Source: an uncultured Erysipelotrichaceae bacterium | GTDB lineage: Bacteria > Bacillota_I > Bacilli_A > RF39 > UBA660 | Assembly: GCA_902801795.1 (NCBI GenBank) | Contig: CADCJQ010000009.1 | Coordinates: 3,452-67,451 of the forward strand | DNA: 64,000 bases | Direction: 5' to 3' | Shown: in pieces, positions 55,745-64,000 of the stretch | Layout of the letters: every line of letters begins with the position of its first letter | Position numbering within the stretch: the stretch's first letter is position 1 | Notes under the pieces: model-generated | The model's input: only the letters and a program-made list of their open reading frames with translations | What the model was told of the DNA's origin: nothing | The model's database searches: none | Program-made: the position numbers and the translations under genes

Positions 55745-58306
55745 TTACACACTTGACTTTGTTCTGCTCAATCTATAACATATTGGACATCCTGTTCCAT
55801 TCTTTCTAGCATATATTTTTGTATGCCATTCATGTCCTTTTTCACACTTCCACCATACATTTTTGCTAGACCCAGCAGAATAATTTAAAGGACTATCATT
55901 ACCATTTTTTTCATAATTCCATTCTTTAACTAGCTCTGGGTTAGTTGTGCCCAAATCATTATATCCTAAAAGTGTTTTTTTATTAGAGCAATATGGACAT
56001 CCTCTTCCATTTAATCTATTGGCAATTGTTGCATCATATGAATGATTTAATTTACATCGCCACCATATTTTATATTTGGAAGAACCACTAGTAATGCAAT
56101 CTGGTTTAATAGTGTTTTTATCATAATCCCATTCATCTAATAACTCTTTGTGTTCTGTAGCAAAATCATTAATTCCTTTTAATAATTTTGATGGTTTTTT
56201 TCTATTAATTACACCAGCACAATTTGGACATCCACTACCCATACATCTAGCAAATACTTTTGCTTGCCAAGAATAATTACATTTTTTGCATTTCCACCAT
56301 ATAGTGTTATGTGCACCTTTTGATACTTTATCTGGTGTGATATTATTTTTTTCGTAATCCCATTCTTCAGTCAAATAAGGATGTGTAATTAAAATCGAAT
56401 CCCTATTTTCTCCTTTTTGATATAAAGTATATATTTCGTTAAAATCTCTTTCAACATCAACATCATATTTTCTAACATTCAAATACTTCAACAATTCTTT
56501 TATTACATCATTCATATACGAATGATCACTTGTAAGATTTCTAATGATAAAATCTATTGATGTACTATTTAATTTCGGTAATTCAGGCTCTCTTATTCTA
56601 ATTAATTTTATACCTAATGATGAACATAATTTATTTTTTGCTAAATCTTTTTGAACGCTTTTATGATAATATTGTCCATCATATTCAATTCCCAAATTTA
56701 ATTTTGGAATAAAAATATCAATTTCTTTTCTATTTATTTTATAACTCTCTATTAAATCGAAATTGTATTTTTTCAAATAATATACTATTGATTTTTCTGA
56801 TATCGAAGTTTGTCTACTTGAATTACATATTGGACAAAAATGTTTTTTAGTTCTACTTACAATCGATGCATACCATTCATGCCCTTTGTCACACTTCCAC
56901 CATGCTTTTTTAGTTGAACCGGCTATTATTTCTGTTGGTTTTATTTTGTTCTTATCATAATCCCATTCTTTCAATAAATCAGGATTGGTTGTAGCTAAAT
57001 CATTAAATCCCTTTAGTAAACGCCTATTTGAACAGTACGGACAACCATTGCCTCCATTTTTCACTCTATTACAAACAGAAGATCTCCATTCATGCCCTTT
57101 GTCACACTTCCACCAAACAATAATACCTGAATTTCTTGTTAATTCATCTGGTTTAATTTTATTCTTCTTATAATTCCACTCGCGTGCTAGTATGGGATTA
57201 TGTGAATAAAAATCATTAAATCCTTTCAAAACTTTTTGACTAGCGCAATATGGACATCCTTTACCTTTCATTCTATTTGCAACGCTAGATATATATGAAT
57301 GTCCCAAATTACATTTCCAATAATACTTTGAATTTGATCCTTTTATAACTGTTGTTGGTTCAACTTTATTCTTTTCATAATCCCATTCTTTTAATAATTG
57401 TGGATAAACTGAACCGAAATCATTAAAACCACTTAATAATCTTTTATTGGCGCAATATGGGCATCTATTCAATGTTTCGTGATTATTACGACTATGTGGT
57501 GATGCATACCATTCATGTCCCTTATCACACTTCCACCATACTTTTTTATCAGAAAGAAGAGCAATATTACTAGGACTTATTTCTTTATTCTTTTCATAAT
57601 CCCATTCTTTTAATAATTCTGGTGCTCTTGTAGCTAAATCATTTATTCCAGATTTCACATATACTCGATTATTATTCATACTTGAACATTTTTTACAAAT
57701 AGTTGTACGAGATTTAGCACAAATTTGTGTTTCCCATTCCTTACCACAAATTGAACACTTCCACCATACTCTTTTATTAGATTTGGCCATGAATTGCTCT
57801 GGTTGAAGAGGATAATTTTTATCATAATCCCATACATCAACTACTTCAGGAAATACTGCAATTAAAGATTTTGATTTATCCTTTACTTTTGCATTAAAAT
57901 CACCTGTTACTCTGCTTGCGCAATTTGGACATCCATGTCCTTTACTTCTCACATATAATGATGTTTCCCATTCAAAATTACATTTTTTGCATTTCCACCA
58001 TACTTTTATAGGAGAATTTGCAATTATTTCATTTGGTTTAATTCTATTTTTATTATAATCCCATTCGTTTAATATATCATTATGGCAAGTTGCAAAATCG
58101 TTGAAGCCAATTAACAGTTCTCTATTGGAGCAATATGGACACTTTTGCTTTTTTTTTGAAAATTGGTATATTTGTTGCTTCCACTCATGTCCTTTGTCAC
58201 ATTTCCACCAAACAATTTTTCCAGATCCAACTGTATAATTATTTGGACTATCATTCAAATTCTTCTCATAATTCCAATATTTTAATATATCCTTATTGGA
58301 TTCCAT
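55745..58306 (-). CDS. multi-zinc-ribbon (DUF4379-like, ~10 repeats) protein with embedded Vsr/DUF559-like PD-(D/E)XK nuclease domain
   Basis: A repeated unit occurs 7 times before and 3 times after a central block: W(D/N)YEKN...VWWKC.KGHEW....R....CP.C.N...L.GFND. The central block is KEIDIFIPKLNLGIEYDGQYYHK...LGIKLIRIRE. Confidence 0.7.
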   Translation of the reverse strand: MESNKDILKYWNYEKNLNDSPNNYTVGSGKIVWWKCDKGHEWKQQIYQFSKKKQKCPYCSNRELLIGFNDFATCHNDILNEWDYNKNRIKPNEIIANSPIKVWWKCKKCNFEWETSLYVRSKGHGCPNCASRVTGDFNAKVKDKSKSLIAVFPEVVDVWDYDKNYPLQPEQFMAKSNKRVWWKCSICGKEWETQICAKSRTTICKKCSSMNNNRVYVKSGINDLATRAPELLKEWDYEKNKEISPSNIALLSDKKVWWKCDKGHEWYASPHSRNNHETLNRCPYCANKRLLSGFNDFGSVYPQLLKEWDYEKNKVEPTTVIKGSNSKYYWKCNLGHSYISSVANRMKGKGCPYCASQKVLKGFNDFYSHNPILAREWNYKKNKIKPDELTRNSGIIVWWKCDKGHEWRSSVCNRVKNGGNGCPYCSNRRLLKGFNDLATTNPDLLKEWDYDKNKIKPTEIIAGSTKKAWWKCDKGHEWYASIVSRTKKHFCPICNSSRQTSISEKSIVYYLKKYNFDLIESYKINRKEIDIFIPKLNLGIEYDGQYYHKSVQKDLAKNKLCSSLGIKLIRIREPELPKLNSTSIDFIIRNLTSDHSYMNDVIKELLKYLNVRKYDVDVERDFNEIYTLYQKGENRDSILITHPYLTEEWDYEKNNITPDKVSKGAHNTIWWKCKKCNYSWQAKVFARCMGSGCPNCAGVINRKKPSKLLKGINDFATEHKELLDEWDYDKNTIKPDCITSGSSKYKIWWRCKLNHSYDATIANRLNGRGCPYCSNKKTLLGYNDLGTTNPELVKEWNYEKNGNDSPLNYSAGSSKNVWWKCEKGHEWHTKIYARKNGTGCPICYRLSRTKSSV

Positions 58307-58554
58307 AGTAATCACCACTTCTAATATTATATCATAGAAAAAAGTAGATTTTTACATCTACTTAGTTAGTTCGCAATATCTTAATATTCCGATTATTATT
58401 TATTTAGATAATACTTACCATCTTTTGTTTTTACTAAAACCTTTTGCTTAATCAATCTTTCATTTATTTTATTAAATCCATTAGGATTTGATTTTTTCTT
58501 ATTAATGGAATTGGTGGAAAAAATGCCATATTACTCAACTCTCCTTCAATAACT

Positions 58555-58608
58555 ATTATACCACACAAAAACTGATTCTCATCCGTTCTGTATATCTTAA
58601 TCTTACAA
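58555..58608 (-). repeat. 54-nt direct repeat (terminator hairpin plus extended -10), copy 1
   Basis: attataccacacaaaaactgattctcatccgttctgtatatcttaatcttacaa. The minus strand contains ...cagaacggatgagaatcagttttTGTGTGGTATAAT. Confidence 0.85.
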
Positions 58609-59256
58609 TTAACCACTTATAAATGGTATTCTTATTAAAAATGCTAAGATCAATCCTATTATTAAACTGATTCCTATATTCATTGGTTTCTTATATAAAA
58701 CTATACAAGTAGCTATAAATGTAAGTGTGTATAAAATTCCTTTAAAATCAAAATACCACATTCCTATGCTAAAACAACTTGCAAACATTACAAACATTAT
58801 TAAACTACCAATTATAATTGATAATTTATTTTCACTTTTACTATACCAACATATAAATGCAAGTATTGGGGAAATTAAAGTAAATCCGTACCATATCATC
58901 ATATAGTTTTTAGGGTTAAATCCACTAAACATAATTGTATATAAATGGTAACTAACACACATTCCTGCAAAGAACAATAATACATTAATACTTGCTCTTA
59001 ATGGTGATTTGCTAAATACTGAAATAGTAATAGCTATTAATAGCCAAATTGCCATTTCAGAGAAGAAATTATTTAAATCTAGTCTTTCAAAAATACTCAT
59101 CCACCTTATGGAATTATCAATAGTCAAGTTATCTAACCATTTAGAAAGCATTCCTAAAACTATTCCAAGTAAAAAGATTAATATAGTATTAATTATTTTA
59201 TTTTTAAGTTTTAAATTATTATCTACTTTTCTAGTTCTATCTAAAAACTCTTTCAT
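58609..59256 (-). CDS. polytopic membrane protein (unknown function)
   Basis: Start moved to [10 protein letters not shown]. The upstream part of the ORF-track frame runs through the promoter/terminator repeat. About 6 hydrophobic segments. Confidence 0.55.
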   Translation of the reverse strand: MKEFLDRTRKVDNNLKLKNKIINTILIFLLGIVLGMLSKWLDNLTIDNSIRWMSIFERLDLNNFFSEMAIWLLIAITISVFSKSPLRASINVLLFFAGMCVSYHLYTIMFSGFNPKNYMMIWYGFTLISPILAFICWYSKSENKLSIIIGSLIMFVMFASCFSIGMWYFDFKGILYTLTFIATCIVLYKKPMNIGISLIIGLILAFLIRIPFISG

Positions 59257-59274
59257 ACTCATCACTCTCATATA

Positions 59275-59327
59275 ATTATACCACACAAAAACGGATTTAA
59301 TCCGTTCTATATATCTTAATCTTACAA
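59275..59327 (-). repeat. 53-nt direct repeat (terminator hairpin plus extended -10), copy 2
   Basis: attataccacacaaaaacggatttaatccgttctatatatcttaatcttacaa. The minus strand reads aacggattaaatccgttttTGTGTGGTATAAT, about 12 nt before the MKEF start region. Confidence 0.85.
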
Positions 59328-59435
59328 GCATTTTAGTATACATAAACAATATACTAAAAAATGGATAAATCCGTTTTATTCAAATAAACCTTTGACTTTA
59401 TCTAAAAATAATTTAGAATTTTCTTCTTTCTATTC

Positions 59436-61574
59436 TTATTTTTTATTTTCTTCCACTTCAGAAACAGAATCAATCATAAAGATTATTTTAGAATTACTAT
59501 CTGCTCCATTTGGAACATTATCAATCATTCTATTATCATTACTTAATTTAATTATTGCATCAAGTCTTTTTTGAAGAGTTTTAACATCTCCATTAACTAG
59601 TTTGCTTATTTTATTAATTCCCTCTTTATTATATTTATCTAATCCATCAGATAAGGCGCTCATTCCATTAGATAAATTCTTAGATCCATTATTTAATTGT
59701 AAAATAGCATTAGATAAAGTATTAATAGTATCATCAATTACTGTAACTTTATTTTTAATATCTTCATCATAAATATCTAATAGTTCACGAAGTTTTTTAT
59801 CAACATTTTCTGGATTAAATTCCTTAGAAACAACATTTTTTACTACTCGATTTGTATAATCTTCTGTATATTTTTTAGCTAAATCAGAAGATGTATTATC
59901 AATAATTGTATTCACTAAGTTTTCAATATAGCTTTTTACATCTGTATTTAAATAAGAATTATTAGTCTCTAAGTCTTTTTTAATAGCTCCTATTAATTTA
60001 GTTTTAATATCACGTGTTAATTCATCAACTGTAGTATCTTTATTTAATATGTCACTTAGTTTATTATTTAACTTATTAATATAATCATTTACTAAATTAG
60101 ATAATAATTCATTATTATTTAATGCACTAATTATTTTACTAGTAATGTCAGTTGTACTAATTGTCTTCTTTATTTGATTTAAAGTATCATTTTGTACTTC
60201 ATTAACTATTCCCGCAGCTTGTTCTGGTGTTACATTATATTTAGTTGCAATACTAATAATATATGCTTGCTTTTCACTTTCTGACATACTATTACTAATA
60301 CTATTTTCAATATTTGCAAATTCTTTAGCAATAATACCTTTCAATTCCTCTTCAATGCTAGATTTTAAACTATAAGTTAATAATTTTATTTCATCATCAT
60401 TTTTCAATAAATTAAAGACATTACTATTAATAACTTTTCCCATTATACTATTAAAATCAAGTTTATTAACAATTTTACTTACTTCTTCATCAACAACTAT
60501 TTTAGTATTCTGTTTAGTATAAGTAATAACTGCATTTTCTAGCTCTTCTTTATTTTCTTTAATTAATTTGCTAGTTTCATTAGTTATTTCTTCTTCTAAA
60601 GCTGGAGTTATTTTATTAATATTTTTTTCGATTATTCCAATAATTTCTTCTTTTAAAACATTTTGATCTTTATTTTTTAAATCTTTATATTTATTAGTTA
60701 ATTCTTGAATTTTATTATTTAATTCTGTAAGACCACTATTTAATTGTTTAGAACCATTATCTAACTTTTTAGAAGCATCAACAATACTATTCATATTACT
60801 TTGTAATAGGTTGATACTTTTATATAAATTATTAATTTCACCAAATAAATTCAAATTATCATCATCAAATAAACTAGTAGTAGCTACAGAATAAATAGGA
60901 TTTAATTCAAATTTATCTGTATCAAAACTAATTTCAACTTTGTTAATATTTTTAAGATCATCTAACTTTAATGAATCATACAATCCTGGAGAAGATATTG
61001 CCATTACAACTGAACTTACACCATTATCAATTACTTTACCATTAGTTACCTTAATATTCTTACTGTCATTATTATTTAAAATAGTTGTAGTTACAATTGC
61101 ATATGGTACATATATTTTTTCTAATTTGCCATTAATAGTCATATTTCTTGATAAACTATTTTTATAAGTTATTAATATCTTTACTCTTCCCTTTTTTCCA
61201 ATAATATCATTTATATCTTTTTCTTCATTATTTAAATAATATTTAACAGTTAATTCAACAGGTAATTTCTTATCATATGATCCTTGATAGTGAATATCAT
61301 TACCATTAGAATTCCAAGTAACACTATTACCATTTTGTTTGAAAGTTTCAATACCATTAATATTCTTAATATTAGTTAAAATTGATTTATCACTAATATT
61401 CTGTCCTTTATAATTATATAAATGTTCAGAAATAGAAACACTATCTATTTCACCATTTTCTTTTAATTTAGCATATACTGTTTCATCTTTTGTTAAAGCA
61501 TAAACAGTAGTTGTATTAAATAATTCACATAATACTAAAACACTTAATAATATTTTATTTATTATTTTTTTCAT
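59436..61574 (-). CDS. secreted coiled-coil protein, YhgE/Pip-N-terminal-like
   Basis: Has a signal peptide. LDNGSKQLNSGLTEL and LNNGSKNLSNGMSALSDGL are x-x-x-Leu-x-x-Gly heptad-type repeats. The gene overlaps the MMPL stop (operon partner). Confidence 0.45.
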   Translation of the reverse strand: MKKIINKILLSVLVLCELFNTTTVYALTKDETVYAKLKENGEIDSVSISEHLYNYKGQNISDKSILTNIKNINGIETFKQNGNSVTWNSNGNDIHYQGSYDKKLPVELTVKYYLNNEEKDINDIIGKKGRVKILITYKNSLSRNMTINGKLEKIYVPYAIVTTTILNNNDSKNIKVTNGKVIDNGVSSVVMAISSPGLYDSLKLDDLKNINKVEISFDTDKFELNPIYSVATTSLFDDDNLNLFGEINNLYKSINLLQSNMNSIVDASKKLDNGSKQLNSGLTELNNKIQELTNKYKDLKNKDQNVLKEEIIGIIEKNINKITPALEEEITNETSKLIKENKEELENAVITYTKQNTKIVVDEEVSKIVNKLDFNSIMGKVINSNVFNLLKNDDEIKLLTYSLKSSIEEELKGIIAKEFANIENSISNSMSESEKQAYIISIATKYNVTPEQAAGIVNEVQNDTLNQIKKTISTTDITSKIISALNNNELLSNLVNDYINKLNNKLSDILNKDTTVDELTRDIKTKLIGAIKKDLETNNSYLNTDVKSYIENLVNTIIDNTSSDLAKKYTEDYTNRVVKNVVSKEFNPENVDKKLRELLDIYDEDIKNKVTVIDDTINTLSNAILQLNNGSKNLSNGMSALSDGLDKYNKEGINKISKLVNGDVKTLQKRLDAIIKLSNDNRMIDNVPNGADSNSKIIFMIDSVSEVEENKK

Positions 61575-63643
61575 TTTCTTTTTCCTTTCTTAAATCCTAA
61601 TGTTGTTTTTATTATTAATTTATCAAACACCAATAACACACTAGGAACTATAAACATAACCACTAACATACTTATTATTGCACCCCTTGCCATCAATAAG
61701 CATAAGGAACTAATCATGTCAATTTTAGATATCGCGAATACAGCAAATGTTGCAGCGAAGAAACACATTGCACTAACAAAGATTGATGATACTGATGAGG
61801 TGAGTGATAAAGACATAGCTTCTTTCCTCTCTTTTCCCTTTTTTCTTTCATCTAAGTATTTTGTTGTCAAAAGAATTGCATAGTCAATTGTTGCTCCAAG
61901 TTGTATTGTTCCTATTACAATTGAAGAAACAAATGGTATACTCATTCCTTGCCAATATGGAACTCCCATATTTATAAATATTGCAAATTCTATTGATGAT
62001 ACAAGCAGAACTGGTAAACTAATTGATTTTAATACAAAGAACATTATTATAAAGATAACGCCTATAGAAACATAGTTAACATTTTTAAAATCAATTGCCG
62101 TAATTTCTACCAAATCATTCATTAAAGGTCCTTCTCCAGCTATAATTGAGTTTTTATCATACTTTTTTACAACGTTATTTAACTTATCAATTTGTTCATT
62201 TAATTCATCTGTTGCTATTTCATATTTAGAATTAACAAGAATTAATTTGTATTTATCCGTTTCTAGCATATTTCTAATTTTTGAAGGCAAAATATCACTT
62301 GATATTCCATATTTACTAAAGAGATTAGCAGATAAAACACTATCTATTCCATCAACATTATTAATTTCATCAATCATTCTATTAAAAATTTTATTATCTA
62401 TATTGGAATCTACTAGTATCATTGATTGTGATATAAGTCCATAATCATTCATTAATTTTTTATTAACAATTGAATAATTATAGTCATCTGGAATAGATGA
62501 ATCTAATTTATAATATACTTCTGTATTTTTTTGAGATAAATAAGCTGGTACTAAAAGTAATAAGAAAATAATAAATATCCATTTATAGCCTTTCATAATT
62601 ATAGGTTTTATAAACTTAAACTTTGGAATTAAAGGTTTATGTTTTGTTTTTTGAATTAATTTATCAAACATTAATAATAATGATGGATATAAAGTTAAAA
62701 CGGTAATCACTCCAAAAACAACACCTTTTGCCATAACTAATCCTATATCTCTACCCAAGCCAAATTTCATTGTACATAGTGCTAAAAATCCTGCTATAGT
62801 TGTAAGGGATGAGCCTACAACGGAAACCATTGTTTCACTAATAGCTTTACTCATTGCTTCCTCGTTCGTTTTTTTATCATTTTTAAATGCTTCGTATTTA
62901 TGATATAAGAATATAGAAAAGTCTGTAGTTACACCCAGTTGTAATACTGCAGCAATAGCTTTGGTAATATATGATATTTCACCAAACATAATATTAGTTC
63001 CCATATTAAATAATATTGATATTCCAATATTTCCTAAAAGCAATATTGGAACAATATATGAGTCCAAAGATAACATTAAAACTATTAAGCAAAATAAAAC
63101 TGCTACAGCAACATATGCAAATGTTTGACTTTCAACTAATCTTTGCATATCTAAAGACATTGCACTCATACCACCAACTTTTATATCGTTAGATAATTCT
63201 TCGATTTCTTTTACAGCATCAGTAGTTTCTTCATCACTTGTACCAGTTTTAAAGGTAATAAGTAATAGTTTCGAGTCATTACTTGTAACATGATCAAGTA
63301 TTTTTTTAGGAATCATTTCTATAGGAATAGTTGTCCCAGTAATATCGTTAATGCTAACAACATTAGTAACACATTCAATATTTCTAATATTATTCTCTAG
63401 TTTTATCAAATCTTTTTCACTAATATTATTATCTACCAATGAAACAGAAAAAGCACCCATATTAAAATCATCTTTTAAAATATTTTGTCCTTTTAATGTT
63501 TCGATATCATCAGGTAAATATACTAAAATATCATAATTAATTTTAGTTCCAATATAACCAATTATTGAAGGTATCAACATTAACAAACTAATAATCAAAA
63601 TAAATGTCTTATTTTTTACTACAAAATTTGAAAATTTCCGCAT
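61571..63643 (-). CDS. MMPL/RND-superfamily membrane transporter
   Basis: 690 aa with two blocks of ~6 TM segments, each preceded by a soluble loop. The N-terminus IGTKINYDILVYLPDDIETLKGQNILKDDF is typical of Firmicute MMPL proteins. Confidence 0.7.
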   Translation of the reverse strand: MRKFSNFVVKNKTFILIISLLMLIPSIIGYIGTKINYDILVYLPDDIETLKGQNILKDDFNMGAFSVSLVDNNISEKDLIKLENNIRNIECVTNVVSINDITGTTIPIEMIPKKILDHVTSNDSKLLLITFKTGTSDEETTDAVKEIEELSNDIKVGGMSAMSLDMQRLVESQTFAYVAVAVLFCLIVLMLSLDSYIVPILLLGNIGISILFNMGTNIMFGEISYITKAIAAVLQLGVTTDFSIFLYHKYEAFKNDKKTNEEAMSKAISETMVSVVGSSLTTIAGFLALCTMKFGLGRDIGLVMAKGVVFGVITVLTLYPSLLLMFDKLIQKTKHKPLIPKFKFIKPIIMKGYKWIFIIFLLLLVPAYLSQKNTEVYYKLDSSIPDDYNYSIVNKKLMNDYGLISQSMILVDSNIDNKIFNRMIDEINNVDGIDSVLSANLFSKYGISSDILPSKIRNMLETDKYKLILVNSKYEIATDELNEQIDKLNNVVKKYDKNSIIAGEGPLMNDLVEITAIDFKNVNYVSIGVIFIIMFFVLKSISLPVLLVSSIEFAIFINMGVPYWQGMSIPFVSSIVIGTIQLGATIDYAILLTTKYLDERKKGKERKEAMSLSLTSSVSSIFVSAMCFFAATFAVFAISKIDMISSLCLLMARGAIISMLVVMFIVPSVLLVFDKLIIKTTLGFKKGKRK

Positions 63644-63823
63644 TTTTACACCTCAGTGATATATTCTATTACTCTAAACTTTGAAATACCACATCGTTCA
63701 TATATATATGATGCTTATCCAACATTTTCACAATTATATATGCATAATTATCATACATATTGTATGTTATTTGACTTTTTGTCAGTTAAATCTTATAATA
63801 AAATATGAATTGAGGCGTTAAAA

Positions 63824-64000
63824 ATGAAAGAAAAGACTGATTTAAGGGTTATAAAAACTAAAAAAATTCTGTTTAATACTTTACTAGAACTTATGAAAAA
63901 TAAAAATTTTGAGAAAATAAAAATATCTGATATATGTGAGGAATCACTAATAAATCGCTCTACTTTCTATGCTCATTATGAAGATAAATATGAACTATTG
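63824..64000 (+). CDS. TetR/AcrR-family transcriptional regulator (3'-partial)
   Basis: ATG at 63824 follows tgaggcg. The sequence MKEKTDLRVIKTKKILFNTLLELMKNKNFEKIKISDICEESLINRSTFYAHYEDKYEL is the TetR HTH signature. It is divergent from the MMPL operon and runs off the window. Confidence 0.8.
   Translation, partial: MKEKTDLRVIKTKKILFNTLLELMKNKNFEKIKISDICEESLINRSTFYAHYEDKYELL

Noticed and set aside
58381-58470. Weak resemblance of ccttttgcttaatcaatc to the cassette-module core (ttttgctttaattgc), considered as a possible fifth module or right-hand att site.
   Set aside because: The similarity is short and low-complexity. There is no associated AAGACTA hairpin or AAGACTAAAATGACTT word. It is within what chance would give in AT-rich DNA.

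Overview
This is a very AT-rich, standard-genetic-code chromosome segment of Bacillota type. The gene style looks Erysipelotrichia/Mollicutes-like, but that is inference only. Nearly all genes lie on the minus strand.

Left edge: the right end of an integrated element (Xis-like protein plus tyrosine integrase) abuts the 3' end of recG.

Core genes recognised from motifs:
- recG, a thioredoxin-fold lipoprotein, rsmD, ftsK, yceD-rpmF
- an ABC exporter, and trpS with a Trp (UGG) T-box leader
- a SWIM/SNF2 helicase and pyruvate:ferredoxin oxidoreductase
- an envelope-modification block: GT2, a GT-C-like membrane protein, and MBOAT-DHHW-SGNH-DUF4358
- a divergent TetR / MMPL operon at the right edge

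Accessory content:
1. A ~13 kb type IV secretion/conjugation cluster (9.9-23.3 kb). It has VirB6-like, PrgI/VirB3-like, a two-ORF VirB4, a C39-like hydrolase, a lipoprotein and a VirD4-type coupling protein. No relaxase or integrase is visible. A hairpin-dense 568-bp non-coding region sits at its end.
2. A 731-aa surface protein whose two C-terminal lectin-like repeats each end in a GC-rich, adenine-depleted ~84-nt segment. The two segments differ mainly at NNC-type codons. A third, Asn-codon-rich, non-coding copy lies just past the stop codon. This is a DGR-like VR/VR/TR arrangement with no reverse transcriptase in the window.
3. A large serine recombinase (next to an 857-aa multi-zinc-ribbon/Vsr-like nuclease protein) followed by three single-gene units. 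Each unit is bounded by a repeated ~90-140 nt module (conserved core, terminator hairpin, -10 box). This looks like an integron-like or SCC-like cassette array.

Items 2 and 3 are the best candidates for something undescribed. No rRNA, tRNA or CRISPR array was seen.
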